Origin: Dehalococcoidia bacterium
Lineage (GTDB): Bacteria > Chloroflexota > Dehalococcoidia > Lucifugimonadales > Lucifugimonadaceae
Assembly: GCA_965220355.1 (NCBI GenBank)
Contig: OZ244820.1
Location: 91,319-155,318, forward strand
Direction of reading: 5' to 3'
Length of the DNA: 64,000 nucleotides
Below are positions 48,140-57,060 of this stretch, piece after piece (the first letter of the stretch is position 1; each line of letters begins with the position of its first letter). A program made the position numbers and the translations under genes. A model generated the notes under the pieces. That model was not told the origin of the DNA. It searched no databases and saw only the letters and a list, made by a program, of their open reading frames with translations.

Positions 48140-48961
48140 ATGGTTACCAGGGAACCAGCAGACAATTTTGACCCAGATACAGTTCGCCGTCAATGGGACG
48201 CCGCATCTGAAGCATACGCCGACGCCCAAGACCGCGGCGTGGACTACTATCGGTTGAACTTCTTCGGGCCGGCGATGGTCGAGGCATGCGGAGACGTGCA
48301 AGGCTTTGACGTGCTCGACGTCGGGTGTGGCGCCGGTTACTTCAGCCGCGAGATGGCAAAGGGTGGAGCCAAACGGGTGGTTGGCATCGATATCTCCCCC
48401 AACCAACTGGCGCACGCGAAGCGTCTGGAGATGCAAGAACAACAAGGCATCGAGTACATTTTGGGCGATGCCACAAATATCGTCGATGAAACGCCCGAAG
48501 CATCTTGCGACCTCGTCACCGCCTGCGTCTCGCTAGTAGACATGCCCGACCCGGGTCGCGTCATAAGAGGCGCGTATCGCGTCTTGCGAGACCAAGGCCG
48601 CTTAGTGTTCACGAACACCCATCCGGTTACAGACGTAATGGACCGATCATGGGTCAGAAAACCGAACCGCGACAAGATCGCATTGCAAATCGCCGGTTAC
48701 TTCGACGAAACGCCGTTTGTTTGCAAGTGGACCAACGATCGCTACAAATACGACTTCGAGACCACCGGCAACAGCTTCACCCTCGAACGATGGATGCGCT
48801 GGGTCATTCGCGCCGGTTTCGTGATCGAAGATTTCGCCGAACCGCACGCCACCGAACAAGCCATCGCCGAATGGCCCGGCCTCGACGACACCCTCATCGT
48901 ACCGACATTCCTCATCATCGTCGCTAGGAAGGACGGGCGTTTAAATCCCCGTAACAGCTGA
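48140..48961 (+). CDS. class I SAM-dependent methyltransferase
   Basis: VLDVGCGAGYFSREMAKGGAKRVVGIDIS is present. Confidence 0.8.
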   Translation: MVTREPADNFDPDTVRRQWDAASEAYADAQDRGVDYYRLNFFGPAMVEACGDVQGFDVLDVGCGAGYFSREMAKGGAKRVVGIDISPNQLAHAKRLEMQEQQGIEYILGDATNIVDETPEASCDLVTACVSLVDMPDPGRVIRGAYRVLRDQGRLVFTNTHPVTDVMDRSWVRKPNRDKIALQIAGYFDETPFVCKWTNDRYKYDFETTGNSFTLERWMRWVIRAGFVIEDFAEPHATEQAIAEWPGLDDTLIVPTFLIIVARKDGRLNPRNS

Positions 48962-48981
48962 AACTATCGTCCGCAAAGCCC

Positions 48982-49710
48982 TCACGGCAGCGGGTCCCCA
49001 GCATCCCGCCGGACGATCCGATTCACATAAACCCCCGGCGTGCCAACGCGCTCCGGATCGATCTCACCCGGCTCCACGACCTCATCCACCTCCGCGATCG
49101 TCACATCCGCGGCGGGCGCCATCACCGGATTGAACGCCCGCGATGTGCCCACATACTCCAGATTGCCGTACGTATCAGCCCGCTTCGCGCGGATGAGGGC
49201 GAAGTCTGCGCGCAACGCGTGCTCCAAAAGATGTGGGCGCCCATTGAATTCCCGCACCTCTTTATCCTCCTGCACCGGTGTACCAACCCCGGTGGGCGTG
49301 TAAAACGCAGCAATTCCGGCTCCTCCGGCTCGGATACGCTCCGCCAAAGTGCCTTGCGGTATCACGCTCACCTCCGCGCGACCCTCGCGCCAAGCCTTCT
49401 CGATCTCGCACAACGGACGCGTCTGACCCGGTATCGGAAACGAGCAGATGATCCGGTTGGCCAACCCCAGTTCGAAAAAGATGCCTTGATCGATAGGTTC
49501 GAGATGCGGCGGCCAGCCGTAACCCGTCGTCTTGGAAATCCCTGCGACGTTGCCAATGATCGTCAGTTCATGCGGACCGTGATCCGCGAGAGCGAGCATC
49601 AACCTCGTCGGCTGACCGCCCGAGCCGCCGAAACCACCGATCATTACCGTTGCGCCGTCAGGCACATCGGAGACCGCGTCCGCGAAACTATCCACAACGA
49701 CCGGCAGCAT
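48982..49710 (-). CDS. 3-oxoacid CoA-transferase family, subunit A
   Basis: FADAVSDVPDGATVMIGGFGGSGGQP and RAKRADTYGNL are present. Confidence 0.8.
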   Translation of the reverse strand: MLPVVVDSFADAVSDVPDGATVMIGGFGGSGGQPTRLMLALADHGPHELTIIGNVAGISKTTGYGWPPHLEPIDQGIFFELGLANRIICSFPIPGQTRPLCEIEKAWREGRAEVSVIPQGTLAERIRAGGAGIAAFYTPTGVGTPVQEDKEVREFNGRPHLLEHALRADFALIRAKRADTYGNLEYVGTSRAFNPVMAPAADVTIAEVDEVVEPGEIDPERVGTPGVYVNRIVRRDAGDPLP

Positions 49711-49712
49711 CG

Positions 49713-50603
49713 CTAGACTGGCATTGTCCGCTTCGTGTGCGCCCGACCGATACCGGCGACCTCAGGATTAGAACCCGATACCACCCGGATTCCGCTGTCG
49801 ATCCTCTCCGTGATGGTGTCAGCAGTGCCACCGCCGAGGAAAGCGACACCGTTCTCTTCGCAAGCCTTCTGCACTCGCTCGCTCGCCTCTTGGACACGAG
49901 GGTCAAATGGTGTGTGCGGTGCGCCGCGGTCTACGCCGTATGACATGTGCAGGTCACCGGGACCGCACTCCGCGAACGAGAGACCAGGAACTGCCAACAT
50001 CGTCTCGATGTTTGAGACGCCGCGCACTGATTCGACCTTGATGCCAAGCATCAGTTCGCCGTCGGGATTCAGAGGCCACGGGTCGGCTTTGGCGATGTAA
50101 TTGGGGTTGTCGAGACCCCATATCGACGCCGCGCCGGGTTCCGATCCTACGCCGCGTGTACCACGCTGCAACCCATAACCTACGCCGTTTGCGGCGCGCG
50201 GATAACGGCACGACTCCACGAATGCACGCACCGCGTCAGCTGTTTCGGCTTGGCACATCAATATGCCGTGAACACCCCGCGCGAGTATCTGGCGGAATTG
50301 CCAACCGTTGTACCGCACCGTGTCTTCCGTTGTGCCGTCTATTGGAGCTTCTACGATGACCGTGGGCGTGCGATGTCCGCTGTTCGTCGGTCCGCCGGCC
50401 GCCATGCCCTCCATGTAGCGCTGCAGCCCACCGAGGTCGAACGGCCCGTGCTCCATGCCCACGTTGATGTAATCCGCCCAAGTGTGAGCATCCTTCATGC
50501 CCTGCTCATGCGTGAGAATCGCCCCCGTGTGACCTCCCGTGTAATAAATCGGCTGGTCATCAGCCAGCAGCTCAATCGCCCTGTTAACCCGTTTCGCAGA
50601 CAT
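49713..50603 (-). CDS. HpcH/HpaI aldolase / citrate-lyase-like family protein
   Basis: The 296-aa product contains YINVGMEHGPFD and IKVESVRGVSNIE, motifs typical of the family. Confidence 0.7.
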   Translation of the reverse strand: MSAKRVNRAIELLADDQPIYYTGGHTGAILTHEQGMKDAHTWADYINVGMEHGPFDLGGLQRYMEGMAAGGPTNSGHRTPTVIVEAPIDGTTEDTVRYNGWQFRQILARGVHGILMCQAETADAVRAFVESCRYPRAANGVGYGLQRGTRGVGSEPGAASIWGLDNPNYIAKADPWPLNPDGELMLGIKVESVRGVSNIETMLAVPGLSFAECGPGDLHMSYGVDRGAPHTPFDPRVQEASERVQKACEENGVAFLGGGTADTITERIDSGIRVVSGSNPEVAGIGRAHTKRTMPV

Positions 50604-50706
50604 GTACCTCGACTCCTTGGTTCGCGAATGGAACCTGCTTGATCAGCTCCTAGCAGCGGAGAAAACCACGGTTCCGACTTTCAACCCATGAGTTTACACT
50701 TAGCTC

Positions 50707-51261
50707 ATGTCAGAACATTCGACACTGCAGGAATTACAATCCGCCCTCCAACACATCTTGGCGTCTCCATCCGATGGTGGAAAGCTTGAGATGATTACGG
50801 CTAGGCCAACTGTCAACATGCGCGAGTCGCTGGACGTGGCCACACTGGACGACGAACAAGGCCTCCTCGGCGACAACTGGAAAGACCGAGGCAGCACCAG
50901 CACCGGGGACGGATCAGCGAACCCAGACGCGCAGCTGACGATCATCAACACCCGTTTGGTCGATTCAGTGGCAGGAACCAAATCCCGTTGGCAGTTGTCA
51001 GGCGACCAATTGGTAATTGACATCGATCTGAGCCATGACAACTTGCCTCCAGGTTCGCGACTCAAAATCGGATCGGCCATCGTCGAACTCACAGCAGCGC
51101 CGCATACCGGATGCGCCAAGTTCATGTCGCGATACGGGAACGACGCGCTTAGATTCGTCAGCGGACCCGAGGCCATGCGACAACGAAGGCGCGGGGCAAA
51201 CGCCAAAATCGTCCAGTCCGGAACCATACGCGTCGGCGATGTCGCCACGAAAGTCGCCTAA
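50707..51261 (+). CDS. MOSC domain-containing protein
   Basis: LKIGSAIVELTAAPHTGCAKF and GANAKIVQSGTIRVGD are present. Confidence 0.7.
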   Translation: MSEHSTLQELQSALQHILASPSDGGKLEMITARPTVNMRESLDVATLDDEQGLLGDNWKDRGSTSTGDGSANPDAQLTIINTRLVDSVAGTKSRWQLSGDQLVIDIDLSHDNLPPGSRLKIGSAIVELTAAPHTGCAKFMSRYGNDALRFVSGPEAMRQRRRGANAKIVQSGTIRVGDVATKVA

Positions 51262-51445
51262 TCAAGCAACTTGACCTCGGCGTAGCGGAGTCTTTCCCAG
51301 TCGACCACGAGACCGGCACTGGCGTCTTCGGCATCTAATACCTCTTCCATTGCGACATGATCGGCGCCGCTGCCAACCACGTTGTAAAACCCCTGTTTCG
51401 CAAATCGAGTGAGTGGAAATCGATCCCGTTAAATAGGATTAAACG

Positions 51446-52252
51446 ATGACCTCTAAAGAACAATTGTCTAACGCTTCGAGTGCCCAATCGACCGCGAACA
51501 AGGCGGTCATTCAAGTCCGTGACCTTCGAAAAAGCTACAAAGATATCGTCGCGGTTGACGGCATCTCCTTCGAAGTGCATCACGGCGAGATCTTCGGCAT
51601 GCTAGGTCCTAACGGCGCCGGCAAGACCACCACGGTAGAAATCCTCGAAGGCCTGCGCGATCTCGATAGCGGCGAAGCCTACATCAACGGCCTCGACGTA
51701 ACCAAAAATGCGAAACGCGTCAAAGGCATGATCGGGGTCCAGCTCCAACAAAACGCCTTCTTCGACAATCTCAACCTCCGCGAAACGATCCAACTATTCG
51801 CAACGCTCTATGGCTCGGACATGCAGCCGGAAGACGCGCTCGAGAAGGTCGACCTCGCAGAGCGTGCCAAGTCGCAGTACCGGCACCTTTCAGGCGGCCA
51901 GAAGCAACGCCTCTCAATCGCCGTCGCCCTCGTAAACACCCCTGTAGCCATGTTCCTCGACGAGCCCACGACCGGACTCGACCCGCAAGCCCGCCGGAGA
52001 ATGTGGGACCTCATCGACAACCTACGATCCGAAGGCATGGCCATCATGCTAACGACCCACTATATGGAAGAAGCCGAAGTCCTCTGCGACCGCGTAGCCG
52101 TCATCGACCACGGCAACATCGTCGCCCTAGACACCCCACAAGCCCTAGTCGATCAACTAACCGAACGCGGTGCCGTTGCCGTCCGCAAAGATGGCGTCCT
52201 AACCCTAGAAGACGTCTTCATAGACCTAACCGGGCGGAGTCTCATCGAGTAG
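51446..52252 (+). CDS. ABC-2 type exporter ATP-binding protein
   Basis: Motifs GPNGAGKTT, LSGGQKQRL and MFLDEPTTGLD are present. Confidence 0.9.
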   Translation: MTSKEQLSNASSAQSTANKAVIQVRDLRKSYKDIVAVDGISFEVHHGEIFGMLGPNGAGKTTTVEILEGLRDLDSGEAYINGLDVTKNAKRVKGMIGVQLQQNAFFDNLNLRETIQLFATLYGSDMQPEDALEKVDLAERAKSQYRHLSGGQKQRLSIAVALVNTPVAMFLDEPTTGLDPQARRRMWDLIDNLRSEGMAIMLTTHYMEEAEVLCDRVAVIDHGNIVALDTPQALVDQLTERGAVAVRKDGVLTLEDVFIDLTGRSLIE

Positions 52253-52289
52253 AAATCACGTGACCTTTTGTCCCCTCGCCCCACCGTGA

Positions 52290-52560
52290 GACCATTGCAA
52301 AACTCCCGTCATTCCCGCGGACGCGGGAATCCAGAATCAACAAAGCACGCCTTTTCACTCCATCCCGGCGACAACCACCGTCCCATTCGCTCGGCGAAGG
52401 GGACGCGAGCAAGCGGAGCGTCGCTCGCAGGGGATGTACAAATTCCTGACCACAAACCATTGGCGATCTTCAGCGAGGGTTTCGCATCGGTCTCCACCGT
52501 GGGAGAGGGTTAGAACCTGCCCCGGACTTGATCCGGGGGTGAGGGGGCGCCGAAACGATC
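52290..52560. repeat. composite dispersed-repeat element inside the ATPase-permease spacer
   Basis: It contains the palindrome cgtcATTCCCGCGgaCGCGGGAATcc (52308-52332). It also contains the module gcgaaggggacgcgagcaagcggagcg (52394-52420), the hairpin CCCCGGActtgaTCCGGGG (52520-52538) and gtgagggggcg. Related modules occur at 62800-62930, 24397-24420 and 3371-3406. Confidence 0.55.
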
Positions 52561-52564
52561 CACC

Positions 52565-53683
52565 ATGCGCATCTACCAAGCATTCATAATCGCCGAACTC
52601 AAAATGTTCTTCCGCGACCGCGCAGCGCTCTTCTGGACGCTCGCGTTCCCCACCGTAATGATGGTCGTATTCGGACTCTTCAACTTCGGCGGGTTCGAAC
52701 CGCCCGAAGTCGGAATCGTCGACAACGCGAAGAACGACGCGTCAAAGGTCTTGGTCTCGGTTTTGAAAGGCGAGTTCGACGGCGAACCCCTCTACAACGT
52801 GCCCGAATCCGAGGACCCGGAGCAACTGCGAGCCGAGATCCTGGGAGGCGACATCACCGCCTTGATGGTGATCCCGGAGGGCTTCGGCGAAAGTGGGGCA
52901 GCTTCGGTGATAGATCTCACATTCGACGGCAGAAAAGCGCAGGAAGCTGAGGCCGCCCGAGCCATCTTGGGCCAAGTGCTCGACGGGGTATTCAAGACAG
53001 TCGCTGACGTTCCATCCGAATATCGCGTCGAAAACTGGGCGACGGTATCACTCACCGAAGTCGCCGGGCGAGGGCAGGGCTACAAAGGCTTCGTGGTCCC
53101 CGGCATCATATCGCTATCCATCATGCAGAGCGCACTCTTCGGCGTTGTCTTCACCCTCGTCAGACTCCGCAATCAAGGCGTCCTCAAACGACTCCACGCC
53201 ACACCCATCAACCCCAGACACTTCCTAGCTGGAGCGCTCTTCACACGCATGCTGCTGCTGATAATGCAGACTTACGTCCTTCTCCTAGTCGGCATCTTCG
53301 TATCCGGAGTCGAAGTCGCGCCCGGCTACGCCATGTTTTGGTTAGAAGTAATTCCGCTCATCTTCCTCGGAGGCATCGTATTCGCCTCCCTCGGACTCGC
53401 TGTATCCGGCATCGCCAAAACCGAAAACACCGCCGCTCCCCTCGCCAACATCATCTCACTACCGATGATGTTCTTGTCCGGCGTCTTCATCCCACACTCC
53501 GTCATCCCCGACTGGGTAGTCGCCTTCGCCAAATGGCTCCCCCTCACCTTCCTCGCCGACGCCATGCGAGAAATGGTCAACAGCGGCGAAACCCTCTTCA
53601 TCCAAGGCGCATCCATCCTAGGCCTCGCAGCCTGGGCAATAATCTGCTTCGGCCTCGCCGTCCGCGCCTTTAGGTGGGAGTAG
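52565..53683 (+). CDS. ABC-2 type exporter permease
   Basis: The 372-aa product has an N-terminal transmembrane segment, an extracytoplasmic loop and a 5-TM C-terminal ABC2_membrane-like region. It is paired with the upstream ATPase. Confidence 0.85.
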   Translation: MRIYQAFIIAELKMFFRDRAALFWTLAFPTVMMVVFGLFNFGGFEPPEVGIVDNAKNDASKVLVSVLKGEFDGEPLYNVPESEDPEQLRAEILGGDITALMVIPEGFGESGAASVIDLTFDGRKAQEAEAARAILGQVLDGVFKTVADVPSEYRVENWATVSLTEVAGRGQGYKGFVVPGIISLSIMQSALFGVVFTLVRLRNQGVLKRLHATPINPRHFLAGALFTRMLLLIMQTYVLLLVGIFVSGVEVAPGYAMFWLEVIPLIFLGGIVFASLGLAVSGIAKTENTAAPLANIISLPMMFLSGVFIPHSVIPDWVVAFAKWLPLTFLADAMREMVNSGETLFIQGASILGLAAWAIICFGLAVRAFRWE

Positions 53684-53924
53684 CAGCATTATTATTGCGC
53701 GTCAACCTAGTCGGACGGATTTCTGCGACAAAGAATGACAGTGCATTCGGCGGGGCAAGAGGCCGAACCGACAGATGCTTGCCGGTCAGTGATCGACGTT
53801 CTGATTGACCGCAAGTAAAGAAAAATCGTATTTTTGGTTGGCACGGCACGGCGAACCCTGAATTGCTGGCAAGGACGATACTTGCGGTTGACTCAGTTGG
53901 TATCGTGAACTTAGAGCGTTGGTA

Positions 53925-53942
53925 ACATCAACTGATTGATGT
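53925..53942. promoter_or_regulatory. palindrome ACATCAActgaTTGATGT 19 nt upstream of the HTH-ImmA/IrrE start; candidate operator
   Basis: The palindrome is read directly from the sequence. Its function is inferred. Confidence 0.25.
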
Positions 53943-53960
53943 GTTGGAAATTCATGGTTT

Positions 53961-55142
53961 ATGGCACGCGGGAGTTTACAAGCGACAGTTGAATTACAGC
54001 CGTCGGTGCTGCGATGGGCGCGCGAGCGAGCTGGGCTTGATGAAGAACAACTCGCGGCGAAACTCAGGATAGGGTCCGAGGCCGTCACTGGTTGGGAAGA
54101 AACGGGTTCGATTACTTTCGCAAAGGTCGATGCGTTGTCGAAGTCGACTTATACGCCAGTCGGATACCTATTTTTGGCCGAGCCACCAGACGAAGGTCTA
54201 CCGATTACAGACTTTCGGGTGCGGCAGGGCGCCGATCCGTTGCGAGCGAGTCCCGATCTACTTGAGACGGTATACCAAATGCAGCGACGGCAGCTTTGGA
54301 TGAGAGAAGAACTCATTTTCCATGAAATGCCAGCCTTAGACTTCGTCGGTTCATTCGATTTGAGTTCGCCGCCGCAGGTGGTTTCTGCGGCTATGGTCGA
54401 AACATTGGGTCTCGATGGCGGTTGGGCCGCGACCGAAGGCAGTTGGACCGATGCTTTGCGCAATTTGCGCAACCACATCGAATCTGCTGGTGTGCTGGTC
54501 GTGTTCAACGGCGTCGTAGGCAACGATACACATCGAATATTGAATCCTCATGAATTTCAGGGATTTGCCTTGGCTGACGATTACGCTCCCTTGATCTTTG
54601 TCAACAACGCGGATTACAAAACTGCTCAGATTTTCACGTTGGCTCATGAGTTGGCTCATCTATTCGTGAATCAACCTGGTCTGTCCAAACTAGAAAATCT
54701 ACAACCCACAGATCACGAAACGGAAGAGGTGTGCAACCAAATCGCCGCTGAATTCCTCGTGCCCGAAATGGAACTACGCCGGTTTTGGCGGTCTGCCGAT
54801 TTCGCCGAAGATCTGTACCAAGCAGTAGCTCGACGTTTCAAAGTAAGTACGGTGGTCGCGGCTCGGCGCGCTCTTGACACTCAACTGATAGCGCGGGAAG
54901 AATTTTTCGACTATTACGAAGAGAACAAGGAAAAGAATTGGGCTGGATCATATCCAACTGCATCGCAACGTGGCGGCGACTTTTGGATCAACCAACAATG
55001 GCGTTTAGGTTTCCGTTTTGGCGCATCGGTGTTTCGCGCCGTTAAAGAAGGTCGGTTGTCGTATCGCGAGGCGTATAACCTTACGGGTTTGAAGGGTGAT
55101 ACTTTTGCCAACATGGCGGACAAGATGGGGTTTGTGCATTGA
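53961..55142 (+). CDS. XRE-type HTH fused to ImmA/IrrE family zinc metallopeptidase (COG2856-like)
   Basis: The N-terminal HTH reads LRWARERAGLDEEQLAAKLRIGSEAVTGWE. The HExxH motif lies in FTLAHELAHLF. Confidence 0.8.
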   Translation: MARGSLQATVELQPSVLRWARERAGLDEEQLAAKLRIGSEAVTGWEETGSITFAKVDALSKSTYTPVGYLFLAEPPDEGLPITDFRVRQGADPLRASPDLLETVYQMQRRQLWMREELIFHEMPALDFVGSFDLSSPPQVVSAAMVETLGLDGGWAATEGSWTDALRNLRNHIESAGVLVVFNGVVGNDTHRILNPHEFQGFALADDYAPLIFVNNADYKTAQIFTLAHELAHLFVNQPGLSKLENLQPTDHETEEVCNQIAAEFLVPEMELRRFWRSADFAEDLYQAVARRFKVSTVVAARRALDTQLIAREEFFDYYEENKEKNWAGSYPTASQRGGDFWINQQWRLGFRFGASVFRAVKEGRLSYREAYNLTGLKGDTFANMADKMGFVH

Positions 55143-55663
55143 CACACCCACGACGCCGTGACGATGTTGGGAGGTCATTTACGTTGGACGCCAACGTCTT
55201 TATGGCCGCGTGGCACGACCATTACCCACCAGACCTTTATCCAGGCTTCTGGGAGTGCCTTGAGCGTTATTCATGTGCTGGAAATCTGGTAATTATCGAT
55301 CGAGTTAACAACGAGATCATCAGCCCAAGTGGGTTAATCGGTTGGTTAGATCGAAATTGGCGCGGATCGTTGGGTTCGACGAGGGAGCGAGGGGTAGTCG
55401 CAGTTTTCAGCCAGATGCAGAGATGGGTGCAAACCAATCCTCAGTTCCTACCGGCGGGCAAAAACGAGTTCGCGGGAACAGCAGATGGGTGGTTGGCTGC
55501 TTATGCCAAAGTCCACGGCACCATCGTCGTGACCAACGAAGTTTTTGACGCCAACATCCGACGGCGTGTGCCGCTACCAAATCTGTGCAGGCAATTTGGA
55601 GTCCCGTACGTCAACACGCTTGGCATGTTGCGTGGACTCGGCGTCAGGTTTGATCTTAGGTAG
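55139..55663 (+). CDS. DUF4411 (PIN-like) family protein
   Basis: LDANVFMAAW...YPGFWECLE...ADGWLAAYAKVHGTIVVTNE...VPLPNLCRQFGVPYVNTLGMLRGLG matches the DUF4411 pattern as remembered. The gene overlaps the upstream stop. The exact start is uncertain. Confidence 0.65.
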   Translation: MTHPRRRDDVGRSFTLDANVFMAAWHDHYPPDLYPGFWECLERYSCAGNLVIIDRVNNEIISPSGLIGWLDRNWRGSLGSTRERGVVAVFSQMQRWVQTNPQFLPAGKNEFAGTADGWLAAYAKVHGTIVVTNEVFDANIRRRVPLPNLCRQFGVPYVNTLGMLRGLGVRFDLR

Positions 55664-55698
55664 ACGGCAACAGACCGACCGTTCACGCCGTTGGCTAG

Positions 55699-55920
55699 GG
55701 ACAGCGCAAGAGGATTTCGGTGATTGAACTGAACGATACTTAAATGCTGGAACACCCGAACCAAGACCGATACCCAGGGCAGTTTATATACCTAGTGGAG
55801 ATCGACAGCTACGTACACCTAGTTCCTTTCGTGATGCAGACTGACGGCACCCGTTTTCTGAAGACGATCATTCCCAGCCGTAAGGCGACGAGAGACTATC
55901 TGAGGGACCGCCCAACATGA
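55699..55920 (+). pseudogene. decayed BrnT-like toxin gene (N-terminal loss plus in-frame TAA at 55741)
   Basis: The frame reads GQRKRISVIELNDT*MLEHPNQDRYPGQFIYLVEIDSYVHLVPFVMQTDGTRFLKTIIPSRKATRDYL. The tail (FLKTIIPSRKAT) is typical of the short toxin family paired with BrnA-like antitoxins. Only the 58-aa C-terminal piece has an ATG, and that piece ends in an ATGA overlap with brnA. Confidence 0.5.
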
Positions 55921-56192
55921 ACGACAAATTGAGCCCAGAAGAGCGTGACATTCTCGAAAGATTCGAGCAAAACGAGCTACGTCCAATTCCTGACGCTGAA
56001 CGCGAGGCCGAGTTTGCCCGCCAGGCCGCACAAAACACGTTCAAGAAAACCAAGCGCGTGAATCTGCGAGTAACCGAACGCGACTTCAATCTCGCACATG
56101 CAAGAGCAAGGGAAGAAGGAATACCCTATCAAACACTACTCTCAAGCGTCATCCACAAGTACCTCTCCGGACGGTTGACTGACAAGAGATAA
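55917..56192 (+). CDS. BrnA-like (CopG/RHH) antitoxin
   Basis: The 91-aa product contains ...KRVNLRVTERDFNLAHARAREEGIPYQTLLSSVIHKYLSGRL, typical of the BrnA family. Confidence 0.7.
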   Translation: MNDKLSPEERDILERFEQNELRPIPDAEREAEFARQAAQNTFKKTKRVNLRVTERDFNLAHARAREEGIPYQTLLSSVIHKYLSGRLTDKR

Positions 56193-56197
56193 ATGCA

Positions 56198-56328
56198 CCT
56201 CGCCGACGCCACGCGAGGAATGGTCAAGGCGGCGAAACCCTCTTTCCAGGGCCGCTCCACCCGCGGCCTAACCATCTGGGCGATAATCAGCCTACGCCTC
56301 GACGTCCGTGCCTTCAATTTGGGAGTAG
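56198..56328 (+). pseudogene. second, decayed copy of the ABC-2 permease 3' end
   Basis: It aligns by eye to 53551-53683: cctcgccgacgccacgcgaggaatggtcaag...gggcgataatc...ttgggagtag. One codon is deleted and a +1 shift occurs near the end. Confidence 0.75.
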
Positions 56329-56342
56329 TTTCTCGCGTCGGG

Positions 56343-56747
56343 CTATGAGATCACAGGGCCCTTCAATTCCGGAAAATACGTGGAGAAGAAACCCCGGTCG
56401 CGTGTGAGGAAAACATCAGCAGTCGCGACGGCGTGAGCGCCGATTAGAAAGTCGGTTATTATTCGTTCCCGCGGTCCGCCAGCTGCGCGGTAGAGTTTCC
56501 AACGCATTCCCGCTTCGTAGGCGATTGCTGAATCGATGGGCGAGAGCGCGGCACCTATCTCGCGCACGGCATCGTCTAGCAACACGCGTTCGGCGAAATG
56601 GGGGGCTACCTCGGCGTACACAACATCGCAAATCACGATAGCGCCGCCGTCATAGGCCTGCCTAAGCAGTTCTCTCGATTTTGAATGATGCGGCGAATTC
56701 GTTCGAAACAGATCTATCAATACATTGGTGTCAATCGCAGTTATCAA
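56343..56747 (-). CDS. vapC: PIN domain toxin VapC
   Basis: The start is MITAIDTNVLIDLF. The 134-aa product has a 4-nt overlap with the upstream antitoxin. Confidence 0.85.
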   Translation of the reverse strand: MITAIDTNVLIDLFRTNSPHHSKSRELLRQAYDGGAIVICDVVYAEVAPHFAERVLLDDAVREIGAALSPIDSAIAYEAGMRWKLYRAAGGPRERIITDFLIGAHAVATADVFLTRDRGFFSTYFPELKGPVIS

Positions 56748-56962
56748 CGTCCCCTGATTTCCTCAATGTATTCATCGACGTCGAAATCGGAGCCGTCCAG
56801 TATTCCAGCGACTCTGTCCACCGGGTGTTGCCCGTCCACGCGCTTACGTATCAGCAAACCCTCGTCGGTGGGAGTGACCTCGACCTCTACGTCGTGATGC
56901 ATTCCGAAGCGTTCCCGCAATTTCTTGGGGATGGTTATCTGGCCACGCTCAGATATTCGCAT
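56744..56962 (-). CDS. vapB: AbrB/SpoVT/MazE-type antitoxin VapB
   Basis: The start is MRISERGQITIPKKLRERFG. The internal ATG at 56962 is preferred to the ORF-track start at 57088. Confidence 0.8.
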   Translation of the reverse strand: MRISERGQITIPKKLRERFGMHHDVEVEVTPTDEGLLIRKRVDGQHPVDRVAGILDGSDFDVDEYIEEIRGR

Positions 56963-57060
56963 ATCGACCTCCCATGGATTTCTGAATATCCAAATCATAC
57001 CAAACAATACGTACCAACCCATCGCCCTTTGCCCCAGGTTGCGCCCGCGTATTTCCGGTA

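Noticed and set aside
48982-49710. CoA-transferase subunit A without an adjacent subunit B
   Set aside because: It was noted as slightly odd. The partner may be encoded elsewhere, or the protein may work with the neighbouring aldolase-like gene product. This cannot be evaluated from the window.
50700-51248. 182-aa minus-strand ORF
   Set aside because: It is antisense to the MOSC-domain gene, which has recognisable motifs.
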